Assembly: GCA_963700285.1 (NCBI GenBank)
Contig: CAVOXA010000010.1
Location: 1,760,001 to 1,824,000 of the forward strand
Origin: an uncultured Chloroflexia bacterium
GTDB taxonomy: Bacteria; Chloroflexota; Anaerolineae; JAAYZQ01
Length of the DNA stretch: 64,000 nt
Direction: 5' to 3'
Shown here: piece by piece, positions 1 through 10,520 of the stretch
How positions within the stretch are numbered: position 1 is the stretch's first letter
Layout: the number at the start of each line of letters is the position of its first letter
The notes under the pieces: model-generated
Database searches by the model: none
Told to the model about the DNA's origin: nothing
Seen by the model: only the letters and a program-made list of their open reading frames with translations
Program-made: the position numbers and the translations under genes

Positions 1-545
1 AGGACATCCCGGTACAGATGTTCCTTTAGTACGCCCACGAAAGGCAGGTTGCGGTAGCCTTCGGCAAAGTCCAGCCCATAGCCCACCACAAACTTGTCAG
101 GGATCTCAAAGCCGACATAGTCCACGTCAATGGGCACCTGGCGGCGCTCTGGCTTGTCCAGCAGAGCGCAGACACGCAAGCTGGCGGGCTGGCGGGCTCT
201 GAGGTTCTCCATCAAGTAGAACAGTGTCTTGCCAGTGTCAACAATGTCCTCAACGACGAGCACGTGGCGCCCGGCGATGTCCGTCTCTAGATCCATTACC
301 AAGCGTACGGCGCCACTCTCGGTACTGTCGCCATAGCTAGAGATGCCAATAAAGTCAAGCAGGACTGGGACATCGATAGCCCGCATCAAGTCGGATAGGA
401 AGACAATGGCGCCTCGCAGCAATCCGACGAGTACGAGGTCTTGTTCTGCATAGTCGTTGGAGATTTGACGCCCCAATTCGCCGACCTTGGCTCGGATCTC
501 CGCTTCGGAGACCAAAACTTCGGCGATATCATTCTGCAAGTTCAT
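1..545 (-). CDS. hpt: Hypoxanthine phosphoribosyltransferase (3' end runs off window)
   Basis: Manual translation from ATG 545: MNLQNDIAEVLVSEAEIRAKV...VGLLRGAIVF...VLVVEDIVDTGKTL...FVVGYGLDFAEGYRNLP; PRPP-binding motif. Confidence 0.93.
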   Translation of the reverse strand, partial: MNLQNDIAEVLVSEAEIRAKVGELGRQISNDYAEQDLVLVGLLRGAIVFLSDLMRAIDVPVLLDFIGISSYGDSTESGAVRLVMDLETDIAGRHVLVVEDIVDTGKTLFYLMENLRARQPASLRVCALLDKPERRQVPIDVDYVGFEIPDKFVVGYGLDFAEGYRNLPFVGVLKEHLYRDV

Positions 546-701
546 ATCCACTCCCGTGCATAGCCATTCCCAAACAGGTCGGCCTGGGGAAAGTATATGC
601 CAAAAGATGGCGATTGTCAAACAAATGCATCAGGGGCTGCAGGTTGGCCTGGTTGGTCAGGCCCCTGTCCAGCCCCTGATGCATTCGTGGGGACATCTCT
701 G

Positions 702-1844
702 TCAGGGTGTGGGTGTTGCCAGCGGTATGACGGTGACCATCGGCTGCGGAGTTGTGACGCTGGGTGATAGAGGCGTCATGGTTGGGGCCAAGTCCGGTGC
801 GGGAGCCGCGCCAGGGAGCGGTTCCTGCGATTCGGCGAGCAGTTGACGCAGGCCACTCAGGAATGTGTCAAAACGCTGCGTGGCGCGGCGAACGGCCAGG
901 AGTTCCTCGCCGAATGCCTCCAATTGGTTCTCCATAGCACCGAGATGAATCTGAAGGCCGAGCATATCTTCACCTATCCCGTCGACGTCACTGCGCAAAA
1001 TAGTCAGGGCCATGTGTACGGAGGCCAACTCCTCTCCCATGCGCTCGCTCTCTGCGGACAGTGCAGCCAGTTCCGCCTGCGAGGCCGCGACCCCATCCTG
1101 CAGGATCTGGATGTCGGCTTGAGCTTTGCCCACATCGGCAGCTAGACCTAGTATCTCTTCCATCTGCCCCTGCAACTGCTCGATCTCTGAGCCCACACTG
1201 TTGAGTTCGGAACCGACGCTGTCGATCTCTGAACCGATGCCGCCAATTTCGTTGTCCAGGCGTACAGTCTCAGCCAAAAGCGCCCGCTCGCTGGCTCCTT
1301 GAAAGTCGAGGGTACCATTGACTCCCCACAGGACCAGAAGGGCCAGGAGCGCACCCAACAAAGTACTTGCGATGCCAACTGCTGCAAGCGGCAGGCAGCC
1401 TGCCCGGCCAGTCGATGATGAAGGAGAGTGAGGTTCTGGGAACTCGGGCTCATCTGCTTCCGTTTCGGTCTCGGGTACAATGGATTTAGGCTCGTCCGCC
1501 TCCTCTTCACTCGAAGGCTCTTCCTCAGTTTCTGGGATACTGGACTCGGACTCGTCGTCCTCCTCTTCCGCCTTTGCCTCTGGTATCACGGATTCGGGCT
1601 CGTTCGCCTCCACTTCAGGCGCGGGATTCCCTTCGGTCTCTGGGGCGCCGGATTCGGACTCGTCTGCCCCGTCATCCGCTTCGGCCTCTGGTGCCACGGA
1701 TTCGGCCTCGTATTCCTCCTCTTCAGCCACTGTACCTACTTTGGTCTCTTCCACCGCATCGAGCGCAGCGTCTTCTACCTCGTCCTCTGCCTTGGTGGCG
1801 GGCAGATCCTCCGCGTCTTCAACCAGTTCTTTGCGTTCACTCAC
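702..1844 (-). CDS. Hypothetical membrane-anchored protein (acidic N-terminus, one TM helix, coiled coil)
   Basis: 380-aa ORF with RBS; Glu-rich repeats, hydrophobic segment, heptad region. Confidence 0.7.
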   Translation of the reverse strand: MSERKELVEDAEDLPATKAEDEVEDAALDAVEETKVGTVAEEEEYEAESVAPEAEADDGADESESGAPETEGNPAPEVEANEPESVIPEAKAEEEDDESESSIPETEEEPSSEEEADEPKSIVPETETEADEPEFPEPHSPSSSTGRAGCLPLAAVGIASTLLGALLALLVLWGVNGTLDFQGASERALLAETVRLDNEIGGIGSEIDSVGSELNSVGSEIEQLQGQMEEILGLAADVGKAQADIQILQDGVAASQAELAALSAESERMGEELASVHMALTILRSDVDGIGEDMLGLQIHLGAMENQLEAFGEELLAVRRATQRFDTFLSGLRQLLAESQEPLPGAAPAPDLAPTMTPLSPSVTTPQPMVTVIPLATPTP

Positions 1845-1878
1845 CGTACCCCTCCTTGTACAACTCTGTTTCTTGGAT

Positions 1879-4677
1879 TCATTCTTGTGTCGCCCCTACC
1901 AAGGTTTCTAACACTTGCTTCAGGGCCTCCATCTCGCTACCGTAGCAGGTCCAATCACCAGTGAGCAGGCAATTCTGAGCGGCCTGATAACGGGCATCGG
2001 CCTCGAGGATCAGGTCAGAAACCTCTCCTTCGACTGCCGGTAGGGCGGGGCGCGGTTCGATGCCTTCCGCACCAGCAGGGGGTTCCGCGCCAACGGGTTG
2101 GTCTCCCGACATGACCTGTGCTAATGCCTCCGCCAGTGTCTCGGCCATGGCGGTCCGGTTGCCATAGGCCACGATTACCCGCTGTAACTCGGGAAGCTGG
2201 CTGGCTTCTGCTTGCAGGTATATTGGCTCGACGTACAAGATTGCCTGGTCCACGGGGATGACCAGAAGGTTGCCACGAAGGACTTGGCTGCCCCGTTGAT
2301 TCCACAGTGATAGTTGCTGGCTGATGGTGGGGTCCTGATCGATGCGTGATTCTATCTGCATCGGACCGTAGACCAGTCGCTGTTTGGGAAACTTGTAGAC
2401 GCTTAATTGACCATAGTTCGGGCTGTCGTTGCGGGCATAGAGCCAGGCGACCATGTTTTGCTTGCCGGATGGCGTAAAGGGCAACATCAATACAAACTCG
2501 GATTCAGCCTCTCCCGGCAAGCGCATGTTGACATAGTAGGGCTCGATGCGTACCCGTTCGCCAGTGACTACCTCTTCAGGCCAATTCCACAGGTCTTCTT
2601 GATTGTAAAAGACCTGTGGATCGGTCATGTGAAAGGTCTGGTACTTGGCTGCCTGGATGCGGAACTTTCCCTCCGGATAGCGCCAATGAGCCACCAGGGC
2701 TGGGTCCATCTCTTCCACGGGCTGGAAGAGGTCGGGAAAGATGGCGGCATAGGTCGCGGCCACCGGATCATGAGGATCAACTAGATAGTACGCCAGCGTG
2801 CCGTCGTAGGCATCCATGGCAACTTTGACCGAATTTCGGATGTAGTTGATGGGTCCATAGGATGTCCCAATGGGCTCAGAATAGGGGTAGCGCTCGCTGA
2901 CCGTGTAGGCGTCCAGGAGCCAGACAGGCCGTCCGTCCAAGATCACGGGGTAGGGATCAGGATCGTAGGCCAAGAAGGGGGCAACAGCCTCGACCCGCTC
3001 CGTGATGGCCCGCCGCCAGAGCAGGCGGCTTTCCCGTGTGATGGCGTCACTAAGAGCTACCTGATTGCTTCCCAGCCGCACAGCATAGGCCAGCCGCTTG
3101 AATAGTGAATCCAAGACAACGCCGCCCTCACCCTCGTAGGTAGCATAGACGTTTTGGTCGCCTGAAGGGTAGTCTAGCTCTTTTTCCTTTGTGTTGACGA
3201 CTACATAGTCGTTGGTCAATTCACCATAGTAGATCTCGGGCCGGGTGAGAGCCAGCTCGGGGTAGCTGGACTGGGGTGGGATGTCGCGAACCCACAGGTT
3301 GGGCAACCCCTCTTCTACGACCTCATTCACTGGGCTGAGGACCAGGCCCGAGCCGTGGGTGTAGACCAGGTGGCGGTTCACCCACGTTTGGGCATTTGAA
3401 GGCAGCTCGTCGGAGGCAATCTCGCGTACAGCCATGGTCACTTGGCGGTAGTCGTCGCCCAGTTGATAGCGATCGACATCCACATCGGAGAAGGCATAGT
3501 ACAGACGGATCTCCTGCAATTGGCCGTAGGTGCGCAGCAGTGGGCGGTAATCCCACAGGCGGATGTTTTTGAGGGTCGACGCGTTGGCCACCAGGTCAAG
3601 GGGCGGAGTCTCCTCGGCTACCTCAAAGCCAGCTTCCACTACGTCAGATAGGCCGAAACCCGCCCTGGTGAAAGCGATGGTATGGGCGATGTATTCGCGC
3701 TCGCGGGTTATCTCGTTGGGCACCACGGAGAACCGCTGGAGCAAGCTGGGATAGATGCTACCCCCCAGGAAGGCCACCAGCAGCCAGGCGCCGACCGCGA
3801 CATAGGGCAACCATCGCACCTTCACGAACATGCTGACTAGAAGAATCACGGCCCCCAGCAGGACGATGGCCGTGAGCAGGTGCATCACCGGCAATCGGGC
3901 GTGCACGTCGGTGTAGCCTGCCCCGTAGGCTGCCCCGGAGGTCGAGTAGAGAAGACGTGGGATCGAAAGCTGGTATCCCCAGGCAAACAGGAGCAGGGCA
4001 ACTGCTCCCAGTACCAGTAGGTGTCGCTCAGCGGCGGGAGGCAATTGCAGCCACGCTTGGCGCATGCCTTCCACCTGCACCCTGGCCACCACCTGCCCTG
4101 CCCAGTAGGTGGCAATGTAGATCAGAAATGCGCCGGCCAGGGCTATCAGTATCAGCCAAAGGAGCCAGCCCTGCAGGAACTGCAGCCACGGTAGGTCATA
4201 TACAAAGAAGCCTAGATCGCGTCCGAGGATCGGATCAGCCTGACCGAAAGGGACACCATTCAAGCTCATCAATGCTGTAAGCCACATGCTCCGCGCAGGT
4301 TGGGCAAATAGGAATCCAATGCCTGCCGCTGTCACAGCGAGGATCCCGCGGACGGCGCGACCACTGACGACACGGATCGTCGGCTCGGCAGTGATTTCGT
4401 GTTGCGTTTGCTGCTGGCGTAGCCAAGGGATTGTCAAATGCCCGCCGCCGACAAATCGCACAGCCAGCCACCAGTTGACGGCCAGTACCAAAGCGGCTAC
4501 AATCCAGGCTACGGCAAACAGTAACCACTCGAACCCAATCCGTGTCCATAGAACCGAGGCCAGGCCAAGCGTCTCAAACCAGACCAAGTCGGTGTACAGG
4601 TCTAGGCCAATGAAGAATAGGATAGCCAGTACGGCAAAAAGGATAAGGCCAAACGTACAACCTCTGTTCCTAAACAT
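1879..4677 (-). CDS. UPF0182 family membrane protein
   Basis: 932 aa; NIRLWDYRPLL, HLVYTHG, NYIRNSVK, VYGPMQIESRIDQDP motifs typical of UPF0182. Confidence 0.9.
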   Translation of the reverse strand: MFRNRGCTFGLILFAVLAILFFIGLDLYTDLVWFETLGLASVLWTRIGFEWLLFAVAWIVAALVLAVNWWLAVRFVGGGHLTIPWLRQQQTQHEITAEPTIRVVSGRAVRGILAVTAAGIGFLFAQPARSMWLTALMSLNGVPFGQADPILGRDLGFFVYDLPWLQFLQGWLLWLILIALAGAFLIYIATYWAGQVVARVQVEGMRQAWLQLPPAAERHLLVLGAVALLLFAWGYQLSIPRLLYSTSGAAYGAGYTDVHARLPVMHLLTAIVLLGAVILLVSMFVKVRWLPYVAVGAWLLVAFLGGSIYPSLLQRFSVVPNEITREREYIAHTIAFTRAGFGLSDVVEAGFEVAEETPPLDLVANASTLKNIRLWDYRPLLRTYGQLQEIRLYYAFSDVDVDRYQLGDDYRQVTMAVREIASDELPSNAQTWVNRHLVYTHGSGLVLSPVNEVVEEGLPNLWVRDIPPQSSYPELALTRPEIYYGELTNDYVVVNTKEKELDYPSGDQNVYATYEGEGGVVLDSLFKRLAYAVRLGSNQVALSDAITRESRLLWRRAITERVEAVAPFLAYDPDPYPVILDGRPVWLLDAYTVSERYPYSEPIGTSYGPINYIRNSVKVAMDAYDGTLAYYLVDPHDPVAATYAAIFPDLFQPVEEMDPALVAHWRYPEGKFRIQAAKYQTFHMTDPQVFYNQEDLWNWPEEVVTGERVRIEPYYVNMRLPGEAESEFVLMLPFTPSGKQNMVAWLYARNDSPNYGQLSVYKFPKQRLVYGPMQIESRIDQDPTISQQLSLWNQRGSQVLRGNLLVIPVDQAILYVEPIYLQAEASQLPELQRVIVAYGNRTAMAETLAEALAQVMSGDQPVGAEPPAGAEGIEPRPALPAVEGEVSDLILEADARYQAAQNCLLTGDWTCYGSEMEALKQVLETLVGATQE

Positions 4678-4842
4678 TCTCTTTGCTCTTGCGTGTTGGC
4701 TTCTGCATTTCCCGGCTGTAGCGCCAGATGAGCCGCTTCAGGGCACGTTCCATGCGTGGTGAGCGTGGCGCCCGCTCCCGGCAGGCGATCACCTGTCGTA
4801 CTGTCTCGGCCATTCGCTTCTGCTCCTCCAGTACCTGTTGCC

Positions 4843-5337
4843 TCATTTCACCGTCCTTGTCAGCCGTCCTACATCACTTGCTGCGTCCACGCTGAATCGC
4901 TGGAAACGCAGAGCTGGCACCTTCAGGTTCAGTTCGGCGATCTCTTTGTTGATGACGCCTATCTCTTGTTCAAAATCAGCGATCGCTCTTGCCCAATCAT
5001 CTTGCACCCGCGTCTGCTCTGCTTCCGCCCATTTGCCGGTTCGTCCAGCCAACTCATCCAAGCGTGCCCTGCGCCATTCCCAACGACGGGTCAGGGCCGC
5101 CCTTGCCCGTTCCAGCTTGCCGCGGATTGCCCTGTCCAGTTCGATCCAGTCGGGCGCATAGCCCGAGTCCTTCAAGATCTTGAAGGCCAACTCGCGATCC
5201 TGGGCATAGGGGTTTGCTGCCAGGTTAAGCGGCTTTCCTGCGCCAGGCAACTCGTCAAACTCACCGCGCCCCTGAGCTTCGCGGATCTGTTGGTCGATCC
5301 AGTGTTCCCAGTCTTCTTGGTCCCTTGGTTTCCTCAT
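4843..5337 (-). CDS. DUF1992 (DnaJ-homologue-associated) domain protein
   Basis: IDQQIREAQGRGEFDELPGAGKPL...KILKDSGYAPDWIEL motif. Confidence 0.85.
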   Translation of the reverse strand: MRKPRDQEDWEHWIDQQIREAQGRGEFDELPGAGKPLNLAANPYAQDRELAFKILKDSGYAPDWIELDRAIRGKLERARAALTRRWEWRRARLDELAGRTGKWAEAEQTRVQDDWARAIADFEQEIGVINKEIAELNLKVPALRFQRFSVDAASDVGRLTRTVK

Positions 5338-5393
5338 CTTGACATGCCATACCTATCACACTACAATGCCTTCATCTCGACAGGAAGAATTGC

Positions 5394-6092
5394 ATGATCC
5401 GCATCATTGTTGTTCGCCATGGCCAGACCGCCTGGAACGTGGGCGCCGGAGAAGAACGCTTCCGCGGACGCACCGACCTGCCTTTGGACGATACGGGCCA
5501 CGCTCAAGCCCTCGCCGTCGCAGGAAGACTCAGAAGCGAGGCCATCACAGCACTCTATGCCAGCCCACTCCTCCGCGCGCGGCAAACGTTTCAACCACTC
5601 GCCAATGATCTGGGCTTGCCAATCCAACCCCACCACGGGCTGATTGACGTCAACTATGGCCGATTCCAGGGCCTGACACACCCCGAAGCGGCTGCGGCCT
5701 ATCCCGAGCAGTATGCAAGATGGCAACGTACACCCGGTCAGGTTCATTTTCCCGGCGGCGAAAGCCTGAACGACGTTCAGACCCGCCTGCTGACCATGCT
5801 TGAAGAGTTGGCCGATCTCCATTCCGAGCAAACCATCGCCCTGTCCGGCCACCAAATCGTCAACAAGGTTCTGGCCTGTACGCTGCTCGATCTGGGCCTG
5901 GATCAAATCGGGCGCATCCAGCAGGATACTGGTGCTCTTGACATCTTTCAGCAGACAGGCGATGGCTGGCTTACGCTCTGTCTTAACGATGCCTGCCATT
6001 TGCGCGAACAAGCTGGTGCCAGTCTTGATAACCTGGGTAACATCCAGGCCACAACCCAAGGCGCCGGGGCTATGGGCTCACTACATAGGTGA
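5394..6092 (+). CDS. Histidine phosphatase (phosphoglycerate mutase) family protein
   Basis: VRHGQTAWN, SPLLRARQT, FPGGES motifs. Confidence 0.9.
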   Translation: MIRIIVVRHGQTAWNVGAGEERFRGRTDLPLDDTGHAQALAVAGRLRSEAITALYASPLLRARQTFQPLANDLGLPIQPHHGLIDVNYGRFQGLTHPEAAAAYPEQYARWQRTPGQVHFPGGESLNDVQTRLLTMLEELADLHSEQTIALSGHQIVNKVLACTLLDLGLDQIGRIQQDTGALDIFQQTGDGWLTLCLNDACHLREQAGASLDNLGNIQATTQGAGAMGSLHR

Positions 6093-6909
6093 ACATCGCC
6101 ACCCCTTCCGTATTCCTAAGCGTTGCAACTTCACCGGGCACCCAGACTGGGTCGAGCCGCCCCCAGAAGAGGCTCGTTATGGGATCGCCGTCCTGACCAA
6201 TCTTGGTATGTATCGACACCATCCCCCCGGGCCACAGCCGGTAGTTGGGAAAAACATAGGTGTTCCCATCGGGATTGGCCAGGGTCCAACCGGTCATATC
6301 GGCCAGTTGATCGCTGACATTTGAGATGTTTACCCTCTCCTGCTCGAGATCCCCAACCCCAAGGATTTCTGTAATCTCTACCCGCAATCCACCACCCGAG
6401 GGCGTGGATATGGGCGGCGAGGCCGCTACCTCTCCGGCTTCAGGGGTAGCAGTGCCTGTCAACTCGGCCGAAGGGGGTGCAAAGGGCAGGGGCGTATGGG
6501 TCACCGTGGGTACCGGTGTCCAGGTAGCTGTTGCCGGAGGCAAGCCACCCACGGGGATGGTCAACTCTACGCCTGCTACCAAAAAGTCGGGGTTCTGGAT
6601 CTGGTTGGCAGCAATGATGTCTCTTCCTGGTACCTCAAATATCAGGGCAAGACTGGAGATGGTATCCCCAGGCTGGACCACGTAGACGATCGGCGTAGCT
6701 GTAGGCGGAACGGCTGCCAGCACTTCTACGGTCATCTCAACCGGCTGTCCGGCATTGGCCGCCTCTTGCGATAATATCTCAGAAACCGGCTGTCCTCCTC
6801 TCGTCGTCAGTTTTTCGGGCAAGACCACCAGAAGTACCACACACAGGCTGATCAGGGTTGAGATCAGGGCGTTTACAACGATGATGAACACCGCCTGTTT
6901 TCGCGTCAT
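6070..6909 (-). CDS. Membrane-anchored LysM + lamin-tail-domain protein
   Basis: N-terminal TM; YVVQPGDTISSLA LysM; C-terminal DMTGWTL...LTD-like domain. Confidence 0.8.
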   Translation of the reverse strand: MTRKQAVFIIVVNALISTLISLCVVLLVVLPEKLTTRGGQPVSEILSQEAANAGQPVEMTVEVLAAVPPTATPIVYVVQPGDTISSLALIFEVPGRDIIAANQIQNPDFLVAGVELTIPVGGLPPATATWTPVPTVTHTPLPFAPPSAELTGTATPEAGEVAASPPISTPSGGGLRVEITEILGVGDLEQERVNISNVSDQLADMTGWTLANPDGNTYVFPNYRLWPGGMVSIHTKIGQDGDPITSLFWGRLDPVWVPGEVATLRNTEGVAMFTYVVSP

Positions 6910-6933
6910 AGCTCTGTGGTCTTGCCCTCGGCA

Positions 6934-7767
6934 CTACTTCCAGAAAACCCAAGCCAGTAGAGCGGCTGCCAGCCCACCCAGGATCGAAGAAAAAAGGTTC
7001 ACGATGTCGTTGTTCAGCCAAGCCCATCCGCGGATGAGCTGAGTATTCTGGCCGCAGCGGTGAACGGGAGATTCGGTCTCTTTGGTGCATTGGCTGCAAT
7101 AATAGATGCCCTGTACGGTAGCACCCAACAGACTATCGAATATCGAACCCACAAGCCCTCCGGCCAAAGCGAGCAGCGGAAACGAAGCTGCTTGCAAACT
7201 CCATCCGGTACCCTTTTGCAGGGACGCAATCTGTGTCAGAGCGGTCGCTACAGCACCGATGAGCAACGCACCTGCCACAGAGGCCCAGAGCCCCAAGCGG
7301 GTCACCCCTCCCGATGTGCCTGGAACTACCTCCTTGCCGGTAGTGACCAGCCGGGGAGGTACATGGCTGAGGACGCCGATTTCTGTTGCCCAGGTATCGG
7401 CATTCACCGTGGCCATGACTCCCAGATAAGCTGCAAAGAGAACCGGCTCGGGATAGCTGGCAAAGGCAACGGCTAGTGCTGCTCCGACCCCTCCATTGGC
7501 CAATGCCTGGCCCATATCCCGGCGACTGTCCTTGGCGAATGCGGCAGCAAAAGCCTCTTTGTCGGCCCGGCGATAACGCGACAACAAGCTCGAGGAGACA
7601 AAGAAGGTTATGAGTACAAGACCCCAGATCCAACCGCCAAAGCCAAATATGAGCGTGCCGACCAGAATCGCGCCAACCAGCCCGCTGGGAGTCAATGCCT
7701 TGCGCCAGTAGCCCAGCCCGCCTACCGCAGCGCTGAGGAACAGGCCAAGGACAAGTTGGTTAGTCAT
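6934..7767 (-). CDS. DUF92 (TMEM19-like) membrane protein
   Basis: QALANGG, NADTWATEIG, GTSGGVT, DSLLGATVQ motifs. Confidence 0.9.
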   Translation of the reverse strand: MTNQLVLGLFLSAAVGGLGYWRKALTPSGLVGAILVGTLIFGFGGWIWGLVLITFFVSSSLLSRYRRADKEAFAAAFAKDSRRDMGQALANGGVGAALAVAFASYPEPVLFAAYLGVMATVNADTWATEIGVLSHVPPRLVTTGKEVVPGTSGGVTRLGLWASVAGALLIGAVATALTQIASLQKGTGWSLQAASFPLLALAGGLVGSIFDSLLGATVQGIYYCSQCTKETESPVHRCGQNTQLIRGWAWLNNDIVNLFSSILGGLAAALLAWVFWK

Positions 7768-8738
7768 GGACCGATGCTAAAGACGGCAAGCCAGAAAAGC
7801 GCCTGGGCTGCAGCGGCTGCTCCCCACAGCAGATAGGAACCAGCGCGTTCGCGCCGATATAGTGCCAACCCTAGCACCGTGTTGGTGGCCAAGATGATCA
7901 GGCCGATGATGGGCAGCGTAAACAACTCCATTCGGGTACCGATGCGATCCACAAGACCCTGGTTATCAAAATGCAGGGGCAATTGGAGATCAAGGCTGGG
8001 GTAACGGGTGCCCAGGTAGCCAAACAGCGCCAGATTGATGATGGCCGCTATGCCGAGCAGAACCCATGCTGTATGATCGCTCCACAAGGGCCAGGTCAAC
8101 AAGCGACCACGATAGAGATCCCGGTTCAGCAGCCGGTTGGGCCCAAGCTCGCGGCGAGCTTCATAGGCTTGTACGAACCTCTCTAGATCTCGGGGAGAGA
8201 TACCATAGGCCTCACCGGGAGCCACCAGCAACAATTGGTCTCTCAGGGGCTGAGTGGCCAGGAAGCGCGTACGTCCGATGCCGGGTACCATTCCTACCCC
8301 CCGTTCATGACCTGGCCAGTGTATGCCTCGCCTGCGCACAATGGTGCCGCCAAAGTGGCGACCAGGTACGATGCGTCGAATATCTCGTATTGGGATGTAC
8401 TGCTGGGAGCCAAGCCAACGAACAACGAGACCATTCCTATCCAGGTGGTAGCGCAGGGTTAGACAGCCCACTGTTTCGAGAATCAGGAGAATCAACAGGG
8501 GCAAACTGAGGAGTACCGCCAGCAGCATGAGGAACGAAAGCAAGTTGATCTGCTGAGCACGGATGCTATCGTTGATCAGCCGGTCCAGAAGCCACACATC
8601 AAGGGCTACTACCAGGCCAATGAACAGCAAACCCAGAGGGACTCCCAAAGAGATCTTGGCGCGCCAGGTCAAGAGCCTGTCTCCTAGTCCAGGTCGGACC
8701 CTGGTGCGCACAAGGGTCCGCGGTATACTGGCGTGCAC
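7764..8738 (-). CDS. Membrane protein with bacterial PH-like and DUF1648-like regions
   Basis: Multiple TMs, LRYHLDRNGLVVRW, LPLHFDNQGLVDR; start uncertain. Confidence 0.6.
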   Translation of the reverse strand: MHASIPRTLVRTRVRPGLGDRLLTWRAKISLGVPLGLLFIGLVVALDVWLLDRLINDSIRAQQINLLSFLMLLAVLLSLPLLILLILETVGCLTLRYHLDRNGLVVRWLGSQQYIPIRDIRRIVPGRHFGGTIVRRRGIHWPGHERGVGMVPGIGRTRFLATQPLRDQLLLVAPGEAYGISPRDLERFVQAYEARRELGPNRLLNRDLYRGRLLTWPLWSDHTAWVLLGIAAIINLALFGYLGTRYPSLDLQLPLHFDNQGLVDRIGTRMELFTLPIIGLIILATNTVLGLALYRRERAGSYLLWGAAAAAQALFWLAVFSIGP

Positions 8739-9634
8739 CAGTGCCGGTACTTGGGGTTCCTGGCCTTGGCCGCGTCAAAGTAGATTTCTCGGAGTCGCGC
8801 GACTACAGGTCCCATTTCCCCGGTACCAACTGGCCGGTGTTCTACTTTAATGATGGCTGCGACTTGGACACCGGTGCCCGTCAGGAAGGCTTCGTCGCAG
8901 ATATAGACCTCACTGCGGTCGATTGATCGCTGCACTGTTTCCAGTCCCATTTCTTCCTGCGCCAATTCGATGATCGAGTCGCGCGTGATACCTTCCAAGA
9001 TATCCGAGTGGACGGGCGGGGTGACCAGGTGTCCATGGCGGACCATGAAAAAGTTCTCCGCACTGCCCTCAGAGATGTGGCCATGCTGATCCAGCACCAA
9101 TGCCTCATTGTAGCCGCCCAATACGGCTGCGCTCTTGATCAGGGCTGAGTTGATGTAGGCGCCAGTGATCTTGGCCCGAGCCGGAACCGCATTATCATCT
9201 ACGCGGCGCCAGGAGGAAATGCAGACGTGAGCACCTTCCTCTTCTTCCAGATAGCGGCCAAAGGGCGAAGCAAAAATGGCTAGTTCATCGGTCAGATTGT
9301 GGAGCCGCACGCCGATGATCTCGTCACCCTTGAAGGCCAGAGGCCGGATATAAGCGTCTTCTCGATACCCCTCCTGGCGCAGCAATTCCAGCGTGATCTG
9401 CCCCAGCTCTTCAGCAGAATACGGTAGATCAATATGCAAGATCCGGCAGGAACGGTGGAACCGCTCAAAATGCTCCTGCATGCGGAACACAAAGAGTTGC
9501 TCTTGTTCCTCGTTCCAGTAGGCACGGATGCCCTCAAAACAGCCAGTGCCATAGTTGAGCCCATGGGTCATGACGCTGACTTTGGCCTCGTTGATGGGAA
9601 CAATCTGCCCTTTGAAGAACGCGTACTGTACCAT
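8684..9634 (-). CDS. ilvE: Branched-chain amino acid aminotransferase
   Basis: HGLNYGTGCFEGIRAY, AKITGAY, EGSAENFF, ILEGITR, FLTGTG motifs; start taken at MVQYAFF. Confidence 0.92.
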   Translation of the reverse strand: MVQYAFFKGQIVPINEAKVSVMTHGLNYGTGCFEGIRAYWNEEQEQLFVFRMQEHFERFHRSCRILHIDLPYSAEELGQITLELLRQEGYREDAYIRPLAFKGDEIIGVRLHNLTDELAIFASPFGRYLEEEEGAHVCISSWRRVDDNAVPARAKITGAYINSALIKSAAVLGGYNEALVLDQHGHISEGSAENFFMVRHGHLVTPPVHSDILEGITRDSIIELAQEEMGLETVQRSIDRSEVYICDEAFLTGTGVQVAAIIKVEHRPVGTGEMGPVVARLREIYFDAAKARNPKYRHWCTPVYRGPLCAPGSDLD

Positions 9635-9822
9635 TGGGAACTCCTCGATAACCTTTTGTCTTCTCAACTGCGATTATACCCGCTTTCGTGCCCGTGTGCA
9701 ACTAGCCGCCGCAGCGGGCATTCGAAGCAAAACGAGAGACGCGTCCATCAACCCCGACGTTGATTAGTTGACCGAGATCGAAGATATGACATAGTAAGAG
9801 CATCTCATATAGGAGGTACTCC

Positions 9823-10520
9823 ATGATCTGTAGAGAGGAAGCTATAGGCGGCCCCGGTCAGTCCACCGAGACCGCCCCTTTCTGCCAGGCACAGGACGGA
9901 TGTCGGGACAGTCTGAACCGACTGATGGCCGCCCATGAGAATCTGGTTCATACCGTTGTGCGACGGCAAGCCCTAGGCATCTACCATTTGCCGATGCGCT
10001 GCAGGCCGGTCGCATGGGCTTATGGCGCGCCATTGTAGGCTACGATCCTCAGCGCGGGCTGGCCTTTTCACCTACGCCTGGAAACCCATTATGCATCGAG
10101 TTTGGCGTGAAGTCAAGTTGGCCGAGCGGGACTATGCGTGGCACGCAGAATGCTCCCTTCTGGACAGTGTCCGCCTCGGTACTGGAAAAGGACCTTCCAG
10201 AAAAGGTTTGGGAAACCGAGGACCTGCTCTGTGCCCTGTGAGACCTCGTCGCCCGGCTTCCCGAGCGGTTGCGCATCGCTATCGTGGCCCGCTACGGTTT
10301 GATGGGACAGGGCTGGACCTTTTGTCTGCGTATTGACGCTCTGCAGGGCGTCAGTCACGAACGGGCGCGCCAACTCCACCCGGAAGCTCTACTCTGAACA
10401 CGGCACCCGGCGCACTCGCAGCAGTTGCCTTCGCTTCTTGGGCGCCACACCTAGGCAGATTATGAGACGGTCGAGGAGGAGATCCAGCGTTGGCTGCAGT
10501 GGCGAGGAGGTCGTGATGGC
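9823..10520 (+). pseudogene. Degraded sigma-70-family sigma factor
   Basis: Across frames: AQDGCRDSLNRLMAAHENLVHTVVRR..ADALQAGRMGLWRAIVGYDPQRGLAF.TYAW (region 2); frameshifts and stops. Confidence 0.65.
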